A DNA stretch of 64,000 bases, from IMG/VR virus record IMGVR_UViG_3300045988_137804, positions 1 to 64,000 of that record; one strand, given 5' to 3'. The notes under the pieces are model-generated. The model ran no database searches. It worked only from the letters and a program-made list of their open reading frames with translations, and was not told the DNA's origin. The position numbers and the translations under genes are program-made. The stretch is from a virus. Below are positions 46,900 through 57,628 of this stretch, piece by piece (within the stretch, counting starts at the first letter, position 1; every line of letters begins with the position of its first letter).

Positions 46900-48618
46900 T
46901 TATCCTATTGTTACAGTAGTACCAGAGCTATTTGACTCTTCCTTATACGGAATCGCACTTACTGATACGTTATCTTTCATGACCTTACCGCTTGTACTAA
47001 GTGACTGTGTGGTAGCTGACGGAGTTACACTATATGAGCCTGAATAAGTCTCTGGAAGTTTAGCGATAATTGCTTTAAGAATTGAAGTCACATCTGAGCC
47101 ATAAGATGAGAGAGAAGATAAGTCTCCCAGTTTTGTATTGATTTCTGATTCTGTGTAATAACGATCATCGTGCGTATGACTTGAAGCTGCTTTTCCATTA
47201 AGAGCGGTAGTAATTGTACTCTGTGTCATAGTACCATCTGTTGCAGTACCCGTACCTGTATAAAGTTTTGTAAGACCTGCTGTTGATGTTGTTCCTGTAC
47301 TGTAAGTAGTATTTGTAGGAACTACCCATGTACCATCTCCACGTAAAAATGATGCTTGTTTTCCAGCCGCAGGAGCCGGAACTAAACCTGCTTTTCCAGC
47401 AGCACTTGCTGTAGCGGCAGTCATATTGCTATAAGTTGTATTATTATCCGGTGGAACAGTCCAAGTTCCATCCTCTCTAAGATATTTTGTAGTACCTGCT
47501 GTTGTAGATGGAGCAGGTACAAGACCAGCCTTTGCTCCAGAACCAGACTTAACAAAATTTGAATATGTTGTGTTGTTATCTGCTCCCCAAACAGCAGTAC
47601 CATCCGCTGACCATCTAAGAATTTGCCCAGAAGACCCTCCGGATGGAATATGTTTATTTCCAGATGTTGTTGGGTGAGTATATACTGTATCTGTGAATTT
47701 TGCCCCGGATGGAACATCTGCATTAACTGTATGATTATTTACTTTTGATGCATTTGTTGCAGTTGAAGCATTTCCACTTAAAGCACCTTTAAAGGTTGTT
47801 GCTCTGATTGTTCCAGAAGACGGCTGAACAGACAATCCAGCACTTGAGAAAACTTGATCCGTAACAGTTGTTGGCGAGAATCCTTCTGTAGCACTATTTG
47901 AAGCACCCCAAACCAATGATCTCCAGTTTGTATAATCTGAATCTTTTACAGCTGCCTGTGTTACCTTTGTGTCCGTATTCGTATCACTTCCAGGAATACC
48001 TAATCCTGTAATATCTGCCTTTGTAACAGCAGTAGCAGCACTAACATGTCCTGTTGCATCAACTGTAACTTTGTAAAGTCCAGAAGATTTTGCTGTGTAA
48101 CTTGGATGGGTATAAACTGTATTATTATCAGTTAATTCGATAGTTGTGTTCCCAGATTGGTTCATAGTAAAAGTCCCTTTACTAGTGCCATTTTGTTTGA
48201 CAGTCACTGTACCATTACCAACTGACGGTATTGTAGCAGAACTATAAGCAAGAGAACCAAGTCCAAGCCATGATTTCAATGCGTCTTTACTGACATCCTT
48301 GATTTTTGCAATATTTGAACCACCGTCTCCGCCTGTATATCCTGCAATGAATTTAATGTTATCTCCTGTAATTCCACTTCCGCTATAACCAATCTTAATA
48401 TTTTTTGATGTATTTCCATAATCGACTACAGTAGTAGCCGAATCCGCACTTGTTGCTTTAGTCGCAGTATCTGCATTTCCCTGTAATTTTCCAATAAATG
48501 TTGGAGCTGTAACTGAGTCGCTTACATATAATTTTGACAAAAGCCTCGAAACTCCCGTTACGATTAGATTGCTTAACTGAGCCAAGTTAACTCCTCCTTT
48601 CGTATATTTAAAAATCAA
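46900..48618 (-). CDS. Tail fibre protein with Phage_fiber_2-type repeats
   Basis: YTHPSYTAKSSGLYKVTVDATGHVS module and C-terminal SHTHDDRYYTESEIN. Confidence 0.65.
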   Translation of the reverse strand: MIFKYTKGGVNLAQLSNLIVTGVSRLLSKLYVSDSVTAPTFIGKLQGNADTATKATSADSATTVVDYGNTSKNIKIGYSGSGITGDNIKFIAGYTGGDGGSNIAKIKDVSKDALKSWLGLGSLAYSSATIPSVGNGTVTVKQNGTSKGTFTMNQSGNTTIELTDNNTVYTHPSYTAKSSGLYKVTVDATGHVSAATAVTKADITGLGIPGSDTNTDTKVTQAAVKDSDYTNWRSLVWGASNSATEGFSPTTVTDQVFSSAGLSVQPSSGTIRATTFKGALSGNASTATNASKVNNHTVNADVPSGAKFTDTVYTHPTTSGNKHIPSGGSSGQILRWSADGTAVWGADNNTTYSNFVKSGSGAKAGLVPAPSTTAGTTKYLREDGTWTVPPDNNTTYSNMTAATASAAGKAGLVPAPAAGKQASFLRGDGTWVVPTNTTYSTGTTSTAGLTKLYTGTGTATDGTMTQSTITTALNGKAASSHTHDDRYYTESEINTKLGDLSSLSSYGSDVTSILKAIIAKLPETYSGSYSVTPSATTQSLSTSGKVMKDNVSVSAIPYKEESNSSGTTVTIG

Positions 48619-49295
48619 TATTCGATAAAGTCATCGAACTCTATTTTGTTTTCGTATATCTTGTTTGAATTTGGGATAGAATAAATCCCGTGAATTTGAT
48701 CATTATAAGACGGTCTATAAATTTCTGTTCCTTCATGGATTCTAAGACCTGTAAATAAAATGTATCCTTGTGTAAACGTATTTTCCAAATTTGGGTTTGG
48801 GTAAAACATAATATAAATCTTTCCATCATCTGCATTTGATCTAAATTTTGCCCAAACCAATATCACTTTTCCTTTTGTAGTGTCTACAATACTCCACGAG
48901 TTACCGTTTGTATTATATTTTTCTGTATACGAACAACCATGTTCTAAATGTAATCGAAAATCCGCATCACAATCCTCAGAAACATAAGCGTACATGCTTA
49001 CTGTGAAATCTCCATTTTTTATTCTTTCTTTTTGCCAATCGAGAATATAAGAGTAAACCATGAATCGTTTTGTATTATTCCAATATTTTCGTTTCTCCTC
49101 TGATACGGGATTAATTTTTTTACAAGTATCAAATCCATAAGGAAGAAAAATATCCGTCTTATAGTTAGATTCACAGGTACAATTACTATTTGCTATATTT
49201 TGTTTTCCTAAATATAAATTTTGCGGGGGGGGGGTAACAGAATAGTTTACATCAATTATCCCATTTTCATTAAGTTGCGTCATTCTATCCTCCAA
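48615..49295 (-). CDS. Tail-module hypothetical protein with a C10 homopolymer at codons about 21-24 (TPPP)
   Basis: G10 on the + strand at 49225..49234. Confidence 0.5.
   Translation of the reverse strand: MEDRMTQLNENGIIDVNYSVTPPPQNLYLGKQNIANSNCTCESNYKTDIFLPYGFDTCKKINPVSEEKRKYWNNTKRFMVYSYILDWQKERIKNGDFTVSMYAYVSEDCDADFRLHLEHGCSYTEKYNTNGNSWSIVDTTKGKVILVWAKFRSNADDGKIYIMFYPNPNLENTFTQGYILFTGLRIHEGTEIYRPSYNDQIHGIYSIPNSNKIYENKIEFDDFIEY
49225..49234. repeat. G10/C10 homopolymeric tract inside a coding sequence
   Basis: Counted directly. It encodes ...VTPPPQ. Confidence 0.8.
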
Positions 49296-49313
49296 AAATC
49301 CATTTAAATAAGG

Positions 49314-49709
49314 CTAAAATTCAATGAAATCTGCCGATGAAATTCCACTTTCATTAAAAGTACATTTTGATGTTATTTCTGTGTCTATGCGGTAATATAA
49401 GTCGTAATAACCATCTATAACCACTTCTCCAAGTGTAGATGGAATACCACCATTAAATTTATTCCAACAACCGATAGCTCCCCACCAGTTACTGCTATAT
49501 GTATTGTTCATACAGAGATAAGTATTACCTTTCTTTAGATAAACTCCACCGTAACTACTTGAAGTCCAATATTCATCACCTGTATAGACCTCAACATCAT
49601 CGTGACCCACATCTGCGAAAGCAGCAGTCATCGGATTTACATTTTGAATAAACCTATATTTAAAATCTGGATTACTTTCTGTTATTTTTGAATTGTCATA
49701 AGTTCCCAT
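49314..49709 (-). CDS. hypothetical tail-module protein
   Basis: ORF only. Confidence 0.45.
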   Translation of the reverse strand: MGTYDNSKITESNPDFKYRFIQNVNPMTAAFADVGHDDVEVYTGDEYWTSSSYGGVYLKKGNTYLCMNNTYSSNWWGAIGCWNKFNGGIPSTLGEVVIDGYYDLYYRIDTEITSKCTFNESGISSADFIEF

Positions 49710-49960
49710 TTGCCTGACGTGTTGTAATTACATAATGAAACATTAAACCATGCATTTTCGTTCTTGTATACATGTGTTGCAAATGAGTCAGATTCTGAGA
49801 ATAAGTTAAAAGAACCGTCAGATAAGACGGGAGTATGATGAAAGACTCTTACCCATACTGATCCATCTGATTCAGTATAAAAGTTTGAGTCATACATATT
49901 AATAATAGGAGAGGTAGCAAATGCAGTTGCAAGGATGTTTCCATTTTTACAAATATTCAT
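49682..49960 (-). CDS. hypothetical tail-module protein
   Basis: ORF only. Confidence 0.4.
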   Translation of the reverse strand: MNICKNGNILATAFATSPIINMYDSNFYTESDGSVWVRVFHHTPVLSDGSFNLFSESDSFATHVYKNENAWFNVSLCNYNTSGKWELMTIQK

Positions 49961-49962
49961 AA

Positions 49963-50523
49963 TTACACCTCCTCAATCTGTATTGCTACGATTTTATCTG
50001 AAGCAATTGAACCAGATTTAGTAGAGTTGTCAATAGCATATTCTGCTGGCATAACCTTGATATTTGAGAATGTAATTCTTCCTATACCATTCGAATAGTC
50101 ACTACGAACTCCTAAGTATTGTCGTGTCCATTTGTCGTCTTTATTATTAAAGAATCCAGATACAAATTTTGATCCAGATTTTGCACTAAGAACCAAATCT
50201 TTGTTTAATACTTTATTTACAACAGTACACATCGAGTTTCCACTAGACCAATAATATGTATTATCATTTTTGTTAAACGTTGATCCTTGCGCCCATATAT
50301 CAAAATTATCTGCAACATTTTCTTGAAATCCGTCCCAAGAAATAAGAAGCTCAATGTAATACCTTTTAGTTCCTTCAAATCCAGCAATTGATTCTCCAGT
50401 TAATGTTGAGTTATTAGTATCTTTCCTTGGAACATATGTAACACTTTTGACATTATTCATCAACACTCCACCATGCTCATACATTTCAGTTCCAGTTACA
50501 TTACCATTCTTATATATACTCAT
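49963..50523 (-). CDS. hypothetical tail-module protein
   Basis: ORF only. Confidence 0.45.
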   Translation of the reverse strand: MSIYKNGNVTGTEMYEHGGVLMNNVKSVTYVPRKDTNNSTLTGESIAGFEGTKRYYIELLISWDGFQENVADNFDIWAQGSTFNKNDNTYYWSSGNSMCTVVNKVLNKDLVLSAKSGSKFVSGFFNNKDDKWTRQYLGVRSDYSNGIGRITFSNIKVMPAEYAIDNSTKSGSIASDKIVAIQIEEV

Positions 50524-50524
50524 A

Positions 50525-50770
50525 TTAAACCACCGCCTTCCGGTAATTTAGATTTCCATAACTTCTCTTGTTGGTCTGTTTTGTCATATAATAATATATT
50601 TTTCCTGGCGTTATATGGCAATACTGATTTGTTATTGTATATATATCATTACTTATTCCGGAAAGAACATATGGATTTTCTTTTGTATATTTCTCAGAAT
50701 TTACTAATATATTCATCGCATCTGATTCATATATATTTTCTTTTTTAATATTTCCATTTTTATTTATCAC
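50525..50770 (-). CDS. hypothetical small protein
   Basis: ORF only. Confidence 0.35.
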   Translation of the reverse strand: MINKNGNIKKENIYESDAMNILVNSEKYTKENPYVLSGISNDIYTITNQYCHITPGKIYYYMTKQTNKRSYGNLNYRKAVV

Positions 50771-52575
50771 TGCTCAATAAATTCTCCTTGTGTCATTAGA
50801 GTACCTGTATTAGTAATAGATACAGGTGTCTTATATAAGTTCATAACATCTTCAGCAGAGAGTGCTGTGGCGTAGATACGAAAGTCAGAAAGATAACCGT
50901 TAGTCCAATTACCTTTTGGGATTCCATTATCAGAATTTTCCGATCCTCCAATTGTCCCTTTTGTGCCAACTCCTTGTAATGTCCCAACTTCATCTTTTGT
51001 CGAAACTAAATTTCCATCTACGTATAATTTTTTGGCTGTGTTACTTCTTGTTACACAAATATGATGCCAACAATTTGTGGTCACAAGATAATCAAATTCT
51101 GTATGTACTTCATCATCAAGTCTTATTACACCTCCAAGAAAGAATACGGCTACTCCAACACCAACGGCTGTTCTTGCAGTATATATAGTGTGCACAGTAT
51201 TTTTTGTAAAATAAGCCCAACAAGCAATAGAAAAATCTGTAGCTGTAGAATTGATTGGATTTTGGACTCCGATATAATTTGAACTACCATTAAATTTATA
51301 ACAACAATTATATCTAGGTGAATCATTATAGATGGTAGGAGCAGAAGAGGAAGTAATCCATCCGTGATGACCAAAGCCAGAAGTATCATAGATTGTGTTA
51401 TCATACATTTCTGGAGTATCTTTTAGAGATGTCATATAAGGAGTGGGAGATGAACCAAGTTCCACTTTTGCATTCTTTACATAAAGATCAGCATTATATC
51501 CGCCTCCGACACAAAAGTAATCAGAATCTTTGCCAGTATACAAATCTCTTAATGTCACGGTTACAGAATATCTTGTCCATTCATCACTTTTAACATCATC
51601 CATTAAATCTCCAAACTCGCGTCTGTTCCAGAAATCAATAGAAGAAGTTGTTGTACTCCAATACTGAATATAAGGACTTCCGCTATCTATAGTTCCTTTT
51701 ACATCAACTGAAAAGGTTACAACATCTCCTGTTTTTAATCCGGAATTCTTACGTTCAAAATTTATACAAATCCCATTTGAATTAAAAATGCCAGTATTTC
51801 CAGTTTTAAAATGCCAACCTTCCGATGTTACTTCGTTGATGATGATATTATTTATTACACCATCACCCCAGTTTCTCCCATTCCAATCAATTAACCCTGA
51901 AGAATCTAATAAGTTTCTTCCAATGATATTTCCATCAATCATACTCATCGGATAATGGCACATTAACCCTTGAGATAAAAGACGAACTTCTTTAGGAGAT
52001 ATGGCATTATTGTAAATACGATAATCATTAAACATATGATATTCTGAATTGTAAATCATCTGTGTGTCATAAGCAAATGTAGAAGAGTTACTAACTTTTC
52101 CGCCTTCAGACCATTTTAGTTGTCCATTAATATAGATATTAATAGTAGGATTTTTATATACAACTGCAACATGTGTCCATTGATAGGATGGAAGTACACC
52201 TTTTATAAAATTTCCACAAAATATTGTATTTTCAGCATCATTCATCCAACTCCAATGAAAGTCATTACATGTAGGATATTGAAATAATGAAAACTTTCTA
52301 CTATTGTTTGCTGTCATATTATCGTTTCCAAATATCCTTGTGCGATTTGTAGTACTTCCTTCTTCCGCATTTACATATATCCAGAAAGCAATAGTAAGTT
52401 CATCATTATTTAGAACCTTTTCTGTACCTTCAGCCGGAATCAAAACTCCGCCTTTATTTAAACACTTTCCAAGTTTTCCGTCTTTGTAAGTTGCTCCTGT
52501 AACTTGTAAATCTACGTCCAGTAATCCCTGATTATTAGTATGTCCGTTCAGTGGCAGGTGTATCATCAAACTCAT
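50767..52575 (-). CDS. Receptor-binding or tail-fibre protein with LamG/concanavalin-like lectin domains (paralog A)
   Basis: DYRIYNNAISPKEV and DFRIYATALSAEDVMNLY, which are LamG-type signatures. The C-terminus TPVSITNTGTLMTQGEF is shared with the upstream paralog. GGAGG ribosome-binding site. Confidence 0.6.
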   Translation of the reverse strand: MSLMIHLPLNGHTNNQGLLDVDLQVTGATYKDGKLGKCLNKGGVLIPAEGTEKVLNNDELTIAFWIYVNAEEGSTTNRTRIFGNDNMTANNSRKFSLFQYPTCNDFHWSWMNDAENTIFCGNFIKGVLPSYQWTHVAVVYKNPTINIYINGQLKWSEGGKVSNSSTFAYDTQMIYNSEYHMFNDYRIYNNAISPKEVRLLSQGLMCHYPMSMIDGNIIGRNLLDSSGLIDWNGRNWGDGVINNIIINEVTSEGWHFKTGNTGIFNSNGICINFERKNSGLKTGDVVTFSVDVKGTIDSGSPYIQYWSTTTSSIDFWNRREFGDLMDDVKSDEWTRYSVTVTLRDLYTGKDSDYFCVGGGYNADLYVKNAKVELGSSPTPYMTSLKDTPEMYDNTIYDTSGFGHHGWITSSSAPTIYNDSPRYNCCYKFNGSSNYIGVQNPINSTATDFSIACWAYFTKNTVHTIYTARTAVGVGVAVFFLGGVIRLDDEVHTEFDYLVTTNCWHHICVTRSNTAKKLYVDGNLVSTKDEVGTLQGVGTKGTIGGSENSDNGIPKGNWTNGYLSDFRIYATALSAEDVMNLYKTPVSITNTGTLMTQGEFIEQ

Positions 52576-52622
52576 ACAACTACCTCCAGAATATTCAGAC
52601 AGTTTCTATCTATTTTTTTTTT

Positions 52623-52640
52623 TTTTTTTGAATAATTTCT
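52623..52640. repeat. T18 (A18 on the coding strand) homopolymeric tract in the 84-bp spacer between the two LamG receptor-binding protein genes, 48-65 nt upstream of the paralog-A start codon
   Basis: Counted directly. Confidence 0.8.
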
Positions 52641-52659
52641 TCGCATCTCGTTCATTTTC

Positions 52660-54503
52660 CTACATCTCCTTAAATTCACCCTGAGTCATTAATGTTCCAG
52701 TATTCGTAAGTGACACTGGCGTATTGTATAATTCTTTTATATCTTGATCCGATAGAGCAGTAGCATACATTCTGAAATCTGATATAGAATAATCAGAAGT
52801 GGAAGAGCTGTCCTCACTATAACAATTACCAATACGATGTAATGCATGTGCTGATGCATACTCGGTATCTATATTGCTGTGTGTAACAGTTTTTCTCAAC
52901 ACGCCATTTAAATAATATTTGGCTGTATGTGTTTCTAAATCCCATGTGATTGTGAACATATTCCATACATTTAAATTAACATCAAACGTACATGTATTAC
53001 TGCAACAATCCATTGTAATAGCTTGTGCCCCTGTAGAACCAATTATAATAAAATCATATTTGTTTCCTGTCCAGTTATAACCATTTGCAAAAAATAGATA
53101 AGTTCTCCATGTATTGCTAGTTGAATGTCTATTAATCCAGAGATTTGCTGTTCCCTGAGACATATTTTCAAATGAAAAATTCGGTGTAATTATTCCTGTT
53201 TGCGCACCATTTAATAGTTTGCATGAACCATCATATCTTGGAGCATCGTTGTTATATGAAATATAATCTTTATTATACATTGTTCCATGATTCCCATAAC
53301 CACTTGTATCATAAACAATTCCATCATTCCAAGCACCATTACTTATAGGAGTATCAACATCACATTCTGATACTTGCACATCTTTAAGGTCAAAATCAAA
53401 TGAAAAAGTTGCGTCTTTAGTAGCCATAGCACTTGTATAAAATTCTAAGATTGGGTTAGTTTTATAAGTTGTTCCAGATCTATCTGATGTTTCTTCAAGT
53501 TGGATAATTAAATGATGTTCTCGCCATTTACCATCAGCCAAACTTGACGAGCAGACTGTTGAATTTTTAGGTCTAGCCCAGTCATTATCCATTCTACTTG
53601 CTCTTAATTCAAAAGATACATTAGAAGTACATGTATTGCATCTAGTCTTACAACTATAATCATATTTCTTTCCTGCCGTGAAATTAAATACTGGAAAGCT
53701 AATTGACTTCCAACTATTTGTTCCAGTACCTGTATATGTATATTTATAATTATATCCACGTTCATCTGTTAGCTTTGTACATGTTATATCATTTACACCA
53801 CCATTGGCTCTTCCTTCAAAGAAATCTCCGGAATATTTATTAATAGAAGCAGTAGGATACGGATCGTTTAAAGGATAGTGACAGATCATACCTTTTGCTA
53901 ATTCTTTAATTTCGCGTGGTGATAGGGCGTTGTCGTAGATGCGGATGTCTGACATATAAGATTGATACATCATATCGCCTTTAATTCTAGAGCCAATTGT
54001 AATTGATTTGTTTGAACCCCAAATATCAGACAAGTTATTAACCTTTGTTTTTTCTACTATTAAAGAACCATTAACATAAAATTTTCTACTTGTTCCATCA
54101 ATTATAAATGCAATATGATGCCATTTGTCATTTGACAAATTAAAAAGACATGTATTTCCACCAATTAAACCTTTTGAGTCTGAAAACCAATAGTAACCAG
54201 TCGTCGTATTTACTTCTAACCGATTATCATATTCGCCTATTGCAAATATATCTGACCATGCTCTAGGTGTCTTTGGTTTTACCCATAATGCAATAGTCAA
54301 TTCTTCTGAGTCATATTCCCACGGGACTCTTAAACAATAATCTCCCATAGATATACTCTTACCAAATTTATCATCTATATACGAAGGACTTGATGATGCT
54401 GTAATATTCATCGTACCAAGTCCATGATTTTCTAAGTTGTTCTGTGTGTTTAACCACACTTGTAAAGCCAATAAAGACCACTCCCTTTCTTTGAAAAAAG
54501 GAG
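52660..54503 (-). CDS. Receptor-binding or tail-fibre protein with LamG-like domains (paralog B)
   Basis: DIRIYDNALSPREIKEL and DFRMYATALSDQDIKELY. The start was reassigned to the ATG at 54503 (AAGGAG ribosome-binding site), because the maximal ORF start at 54609 overlaps the upstream gene. Confidence 0.6.
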
Positions 54504-54526
54504 CAGAATTCATCCGCTCCTTAATA

Positions 54527-57500
54527 TTAATTAAATGTAAAGTCAATACACTTATTTGTGCTGTTGTATGTAATAGTCGCTCCGCCACCAAGCTGGAATG
54601 ATGTGGCACTTGTTTCTAGTTTACCTGATGCAGAAGAACCAATATTACATAAATTTGTTCCATCTGATTTAACAAAAGTTGCTTTAGGTGATCCATTAAG
54701 ACCTTTAATTCCAAGTGAACCAGTTTTATCATGGTCGCCAATGGCAACATCGTCACCAAGCGTATTCCATGTATTATTTGCAAGGTTTAATGCGCCCGTC
54801 ATGGTTCCTCCAGAGAGTTTTAAATATGTTGAATCATGATTGTGTGTAGCCGGAGTAAATGTACTTGGTTTTCCAGATACATTAGCCCATGTAACTGAGT
54901 TAGCTACTTTTGCTACATCCGCAGTTCCAGCTGTGTTTGCTTTACCAGAATAAATACCGTTGGTATCAATGTATGTATGTGTTGCACCTGCAATACCATT
55001 ATTGCAATTAGTGTAAAAGTCAATATTGCCATCATTTGTAAGGAATAATTTTTCATCTCCGCCATTACTAAGCAATGATTTAGCTGCATCTGCGGATTCT
55101 CCACCACCAACGATAGTTGCTCCACCTCCGCCAATTACAACACCATTACCATATACATCTGAGGTATTGTCGATAAATTTAATCATCTCATAAGTAGATT
55201 TTGAACCTTTGTAGCTAATATTCCCTGTCATCACACCACCAGTTAGCTTCAAATAACTACTATCATGATTATGACTACTTGGTGGGTAAGTAGCAGGTTT
55301 ACCAGTAATTCCACTCCAAGGTGCAGAAGTAGCACTACCAGCGGTATAAACTGTATATCCATCTTCAGAAGATAACTTCGTATCATCTATAACGAAATAC
55401 ATCTTTCCTGTGCCTGTAACTTTTACAGTATCACCTTTCTGGATACTTGCTGTAGTTAATTTAAAACGATCCGTATCGTCAGCTACAATAACACAGCGTT
55501 CTAATGCACCTTGAGGAAGACGAGCAATATCAATTGTTCCTGTAGTGATTTTACTTGCATCTACAGATGTAATAGTAGAATTATCATGATTATGAGTTGA
55601 TGGAGTATAAGTAGATGGTTTATTTTTTACATTATTCCATTCTACAGATTGTGCAGAAGCTGCGGTTGTCGCAGATGTTGCGCTTTTAACTGAAGCATTT
55701 GCAATATCTGTAATCTGAGAAATTGTATGATTGTGAGAAGTGTTTGCCTTACCACTAAGTTTTGAATCTACTTCAGATTCAGTGTAATATCTATCATCAT
55801 GGGTGTGAGAAGATGGTGTGAATGTGGAAGGTTTGCCTGTGACATTTCCCCAAGCTACAGCACCAGCAGAATTTGCGTAGTTTACAGAACCTCCGTCGGA
55901 CGAAGTAACTGTTGCTGTTGGAGTGGCGGATTCTGGTGTGTCATTACTTTTTATTTCCATGTTCCAATTGTTAGAAGTGTTAGTTGACTCTAAAACACGG
56001 ACTTTCATTCTGCCATATTGATTTTGATGGTTATAAATATAAAGAGTCCACGTATTTCCATTTGTGTTGATGATTGCATCACCAGGCAAGAAAGCTGTGC
56101 CTGTTCTTGATTCCCATTTTAATTCTCTTACATATATAGTGGTAGAATTATCACATCTTATATGCAAATCTAAAATAGCAGAACCGATATTACCATATCC
56201 ATATGTAAAGAGTAATCTCGCAACATGATTTGAGTATCCGGTTAATGTCGTACTATAAACTTTATACCAACCTGCTGTATTAGCCTTATCTGAACCAATA
56301 TAAGCTACGCTACCTATTTTGTCTAGTGAGACATGTGTATGCCCCGTATCTGATTTCCCATCCAAAACACTCTTAATAGCAGCTTGTGTCATTGTTCCGT
56401 CAGTAGCTGTTCCGGTTCCAGTATATAACTTAGTCAATCCGGAAGTAGAAGCAGTACCCGTAGAATATGTTGTATTTGTACTTGGGATTCCAAGAGCTGT
56501 GATATCAGATTTTGCTACCGCAGTTGTTCCAGAAACATGACCTGTAGAATCTACAGTTACTTTGTATAATCCATTTGTTTTAGCAGTATAAGAAGGATGC
56601 GTGTAGACGGTATCGGTGAGTTTTTCTTCTGTCCAGTTTCCCCATGTGCCATCTTGACAAAATCTTCTATACGATTTGTTTATTGTTGTAGAGCCAGTTG
56701 TAAATAGAATTTGGGTATAATATGTTCCATTTGCTGTATGCGATACAATTAATCCAAAATTGTCAACTCCAGATGGTTTATTTGAAACGGTATTTCCACC
56801 ACCAGCGTTATAAAAACCAGGAGTAGTAACACTATTTAAATTTTGATTTGTAAGTGTCATCATTGCGGCTTTATTTTCATTTAACCACTTACCCTGTGCT
56901 GCACTCAAACTTTTATCTGTCGCTGTAGAAGTAAGATTATCTATAACATCACGCCATGTATTTGTATTATTATCTGTAAGTTCAATAGTGGTTGCACCAG
57001 ACTGATTAGTTGTAAATGATCCTTTTACAGCTCCAGCCTGCTTTATTGTAATTGTTCCATTACCTACACTTGGAATAGTAGGCTTATTAGAAAGATCATT
57101 ATAAGAACCACTGATAGCAACCTTATGTAATTTACTTTTAATGTATTCAAATAATGCTTTCAATGGTCTACGATGATAAGTAGTTGTTGTAGTTCCTCCA
57201 CCTGCGTATTGAGACACGTAATAGTCATCATCATTCGGTGTGGCAGTTCCGGTTGTTAACGTATTAATCATCGTAGATAAATCATGTGTATGATTTGTAT
57301 TTGATTTTCCAGCCAAAGCAGAATTTACAACTTTATTTTGCACTGGATTTGTAGAAGTAGAACTCAACGCAGAGTCTACAGTTGTTTTATTGGCTCCAGA
57401 TGCGATGCCATCAAGTTTGGAACGGTCGTCTGGAGATAAGGATTCGTAAAGTGGAAGTTCTGACCATTTCTTAGAACCATCTCCAATTTTAAAATTGCCA

Positions 57501-57607
57501 GAATTTTTTACAAACCCGAGTTCGTCTTCACCGAGAACTGGGTTGGTGGATTCCCAGTTCTTTTCAGTGTCTGATCTTTGTAAAAGTTTAACTGATAAAG
57601 TTTTCAT
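54527..57607 (-). CDS. Large tail fibre protein (1026 aa) with multiple Phage_fiber_2-type repeats
   Basis: Repeated SHTHD...YYTESEVD, HNHT and HNHD modules. Shares a module of about 100 aa with the 60286..62025 protein. Confidence 0.7.
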   Translation of the reverse strand: MKTLSVKLLQRSDTEKNWESTNPVLGEDELGFVKNSGNFKIGDGSKKWSELPLYESLSPDDRSKLDGIASGANKTTVDSALSSTSTNPVQNKVVNSALAGKSNTNHTHDLSTMINTLTTGTATPNDDDYYVSQYAGGGTTTTTYHRRPLKALFEYIKSKLHKVAISGSYNDLSNKPTIPSVGNGTITIKQAGAVKGSFTTNQSGATTIELTDNNTNTWRDVIDNLTSTATDKSLSAAQGKWLNENKAAMMTLTNQNLNSVTTPGFYNAGGGNTVSNKPSGVDNFGLIVSHTANGTYYTQILFTTGSTTINKSYRRFCQDGTWGNWTEEKLTDTVYTHPSYTAKTNGLYKVTVDSTGHVSGTTAVAKSDITALGIPSTNTTYSTGTASTSGLTKLYTGTGTATDGTMTQAAIKSVLDGKSDTGHTHVSLDKIGSVAYIGSDKANTAGWYKVYSTTLTGYSNHVARLLFTYGYGNIGSAILDLHIRCDNSTTIYVRELKWESRTGTAFLPGDAIINTNGNTWTLYIYNHQNQYGRMKVRVLESTNTSNNWNMEIKSNDTPESATPTATVTSSDGGSVNYANSAGAVAWGNVTGKPSTFTPSSHTHDDRYYTESEVDSKLSGKANTSHNHTISQITDIANASVKSATSATTAASAQSVEWNNVKNKPSTYTPSTHNHDNSTITSVDASKITTGTIDIARLPQGALERCVIVADDTDRFKLTTASIQKGDTVKVTGTGKMYFVIDDTKLSSEDGYTVYTAGSATSAPWSGITGKPATYPPSSHNHDSSYLKLTGGVMTGNISYKGSKSTYEMIKFIDNTSDVYGNGVVIGGGGATIVGGGESADAAKSLLSNGGDEKLFLTNDGNIDFYTNCNNGIAGATHTYIDTNGIYSGKANTAGTADVAKVANSVTWANVSGKPSTFTPATHNHDSTYLKLSGGTMTGALNLANNTWNTLGDDVAIGDHDKTGSLGIKGLNGSPKATFVKSDGTNLCNIGSSASGKLETSATSFQLGGGATITYNSTNKCIDFTFN

Positions 57608-57628
57608 TAATTATTTACTCCAATCTTT

